Source: an uncultured Clostridium sp.
GTDB taxonomy: Bacteria; Bacillota; Clostridia; TANB77; CAG-508
Reading direction: 5' to 3'
NCBI GenBank assembly: GCA_945946655.1
Contig: CAMEWM010000001.1
Coordinates: 180,651-244,650, forward strand
DNA: 64,000 nucleotides
Shown here: positions 62,676 through 64,000 of the stretch, piece by piece
How positions within the stretch are numbered: the stretch's first letter is position 1
How the letters are laid out: each line of letters begins with the position of its first letter
Notes under the pieces: model-generated
Told to the model about the DNA's origin: nothing
Databases searched by the model: none
What the model saw: the letters and a program-made list of their open reading frames with translations, nothing else
Position numbers and translations under genes: made by a program

Positions 62676-63725
62676 TCAGTTTTTACTATTTTTTGCAATA
62701 CTATTGGCTTTTTTTAGAATACTTACAATCTGAATTATTCCAATTATGCCGAATGCTGGATATAATACACTCACTAAATTTCCAAAGCCTACATATGAAA
62801 TAGGAATTTCCAATATACAAATAATTAACGCTATTTTTTTATATTTACTTTTATCTTTAATATTTTCTAGTACTCCATATCCAGATGAGATAGCAGAAGT
62901 TAAAATTGCAGTAATTATTGCAATAGAATACATAATCTTTTCTATAGGATGGCATTCGTTTAATATCTCCAAAATTGGCATCTCTATATTACTCACATTT
63001 ATTGTACATAATGTAAGCATTTGGTATATTGCTATAATAAGAACAAGGATAACACATCCAGATACTATTGTTATAATCTTTAAAGATTTTTTATTATCTA
63101 TATTTAAAGCAAGTGATATAAGTATTGGAATTAATGTTATACTATTGTAACTTGTATATAAAATAGAATCTAATATAGCTTTTCCTGCATTTCTCGTACT
63201 TGTATTAATGTTACTATTTAATATATTTGTCATCGGGTAATTTTTAATACTTATAATAACTATTATCACAATCATTATTGGCACTACTATCAAATTCAAT
63301 TTAACTATTCCATCAATATTTTTTATAAGTAAAAAATATATGATAGCTGCATTAATTATAGCTGTAGCAATGATTGGTACTTTAAATTCTTGTTTAAAAA
63401 AAGTACAAAAACCTGCACACATTATTAAAAAAGAAACTATTAAGAATATATTTATAATATTTTTTAATAATATCGTAATTTTCTGATTATTTGTTATTTG
63501 TTCTACAAATTCATTATTATTTGTTACTTTGTATTTTTTCACTATTAATATAGTACTATATATAATACTGGCTGTTAGCACTGATGAAATAATAGCGCCT
63601 AATAAACCGTTCTTTCCATACTGTGCAAAAAAAATGTAAATTTCTTTTCCAGAAGCAAATCCCGCTCCTATTAAGGTACCAATAATAACTGCTATTATTT
63701 TTATAATATTTGATATAAACTTCAT
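62676..63725 (-). CDS. YkvI family membrane protein
   Basis: IGTLIGAGFASGKEI..FF..YG..G, GFGNLVSVLYP..G. Confidence 0.85.
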   Translation of the reverse strand: MKFISNIIKIIAVIIGTLIGAGFASGKEIYIFFAQYGKNGLLGAIISSVLTASIIYSTILIVKKYKVTNNNEFVEQITNNQKITILLKNIINIFLIVSFLIMCAGFCTFFKQEFKVPIIATAIINAAIIYFLLIKNIDGIVKLNLIVVPIMIVIIVIISIKNYPMTNILNSNINTSTRNAGKAILDSILYTSYNSITLIPILISLALNIDNKKSLKIITIVSGCVILVLIIAIYQMLTLCTINVSNIEMPILEILNECHPIEKIMYSIAIITAILTSAISSGYGVLENIKDKSKYKKIALIICILEIPISYVGFGNLVSVLYPAFGIIGIIQIVSILKKANSIAKNSKN

Positions 63726-63770
63726 AAAGCCCCCTCATAATATTTATGAGAGAGCTTTAATTTTAATTAC

Positions 63771-64000
63771 TTATTTTTTCCTTCTTCTTACTTGCCATAC
63801 AACAATTCCTGCTAAAATAATTATAACAGGTATAACAGTTATTATTGTCCTAATTATGGTATCTTCTTTAGCTGTAGCTATATATGTAGCTACTCCAGTA
63901 TCTTTTCTAATAACAACATTATCTTTTCTATTCGTTAAGTATGATATAGAATTAATCATAAAATCTCTATTATTATAGAAATTTATTGCTATTGCTTGGC
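63771..64000 (-). CDS. C-terminal part of a GldG/ABC-auxiliary-like membrane protein (starts outside the window)
   Basis: Frame is open to the window edge: ...NNRDFMINSISYLT...VVIRK...IPVIIILAGIVVWQVRRRKK. Confidence 0.6.
   Translation of the reverse strand, partial: QAIAINFYNNRDFMINSISYLTNRKDNVVIRKDTGVATYIATAKEDTIIRTIITVIPVIIILAGIVVWQVRRRKK

Noticed and set aside
247-63738. Numerous short ORFs antisense to or nested in long genes (e.g. 247..564, 35801..36196, 52994..53494)
   Set aside because: Shadow ORFs of AT-rich coding sequence with Ser/Phe/Ile-biased composition, no RBS and no motifs.
1-64000. CRISPR array, rRNA, prophage or intact IS
   Set aside because: No regularly spaced repeats, rRNA-like sequence, phage genes or intact transposase seen.

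Overview
AT-rich chromosomal segment of a Clostridia-class Firmicute. The GITLIALV-type pilin-like genes and gene content resemble uncultured gut clades such as TANB77, which is an inference. Most genes lie on the minus strand: addB, ogg, acpP-rnc-radical SAM, minD-minE-rodA-dusB, a WalRK-like two-component system, lepB-holB-ricT, a 2756-aa cyclic beta-1,2-glucan synthase-like gene, cwlD, rpoBC, two giant surface proteins, comEA, LCP, CvpA and YkvI. An HD-GYP gene, a four-subunit pyruvate:ferredoxin oxidoreductase operon plus ferredoxin, tRNA-fMet and a DD-carboxypeptidase lie on the plus strand. Main observation: three unrelated genes (YitT family, mazF/ndoA, a pilin-like protein) are each broken by one extra base. 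In all three the break is an in-frame CGG codon, and skipping the C restores a Gly codon (GGG/GGA) and the full-length protein. Reading by eye, I found no in-frame CGG in the roughly 19,000 codons of the intact genes. This points to codon-triggered +1 frameshifting (or 4-base decoding) at an unassigned CGG codon rather than three independent pseudogenes. Secondary observations: four genes whose ribosome-binding site is locked in a hairpin overlapping a sporulation-type promoter, a MazF with no adjacent antitoxin, a probable thioester-domain adhesin, and an IS481-like scar where addA would be expected.
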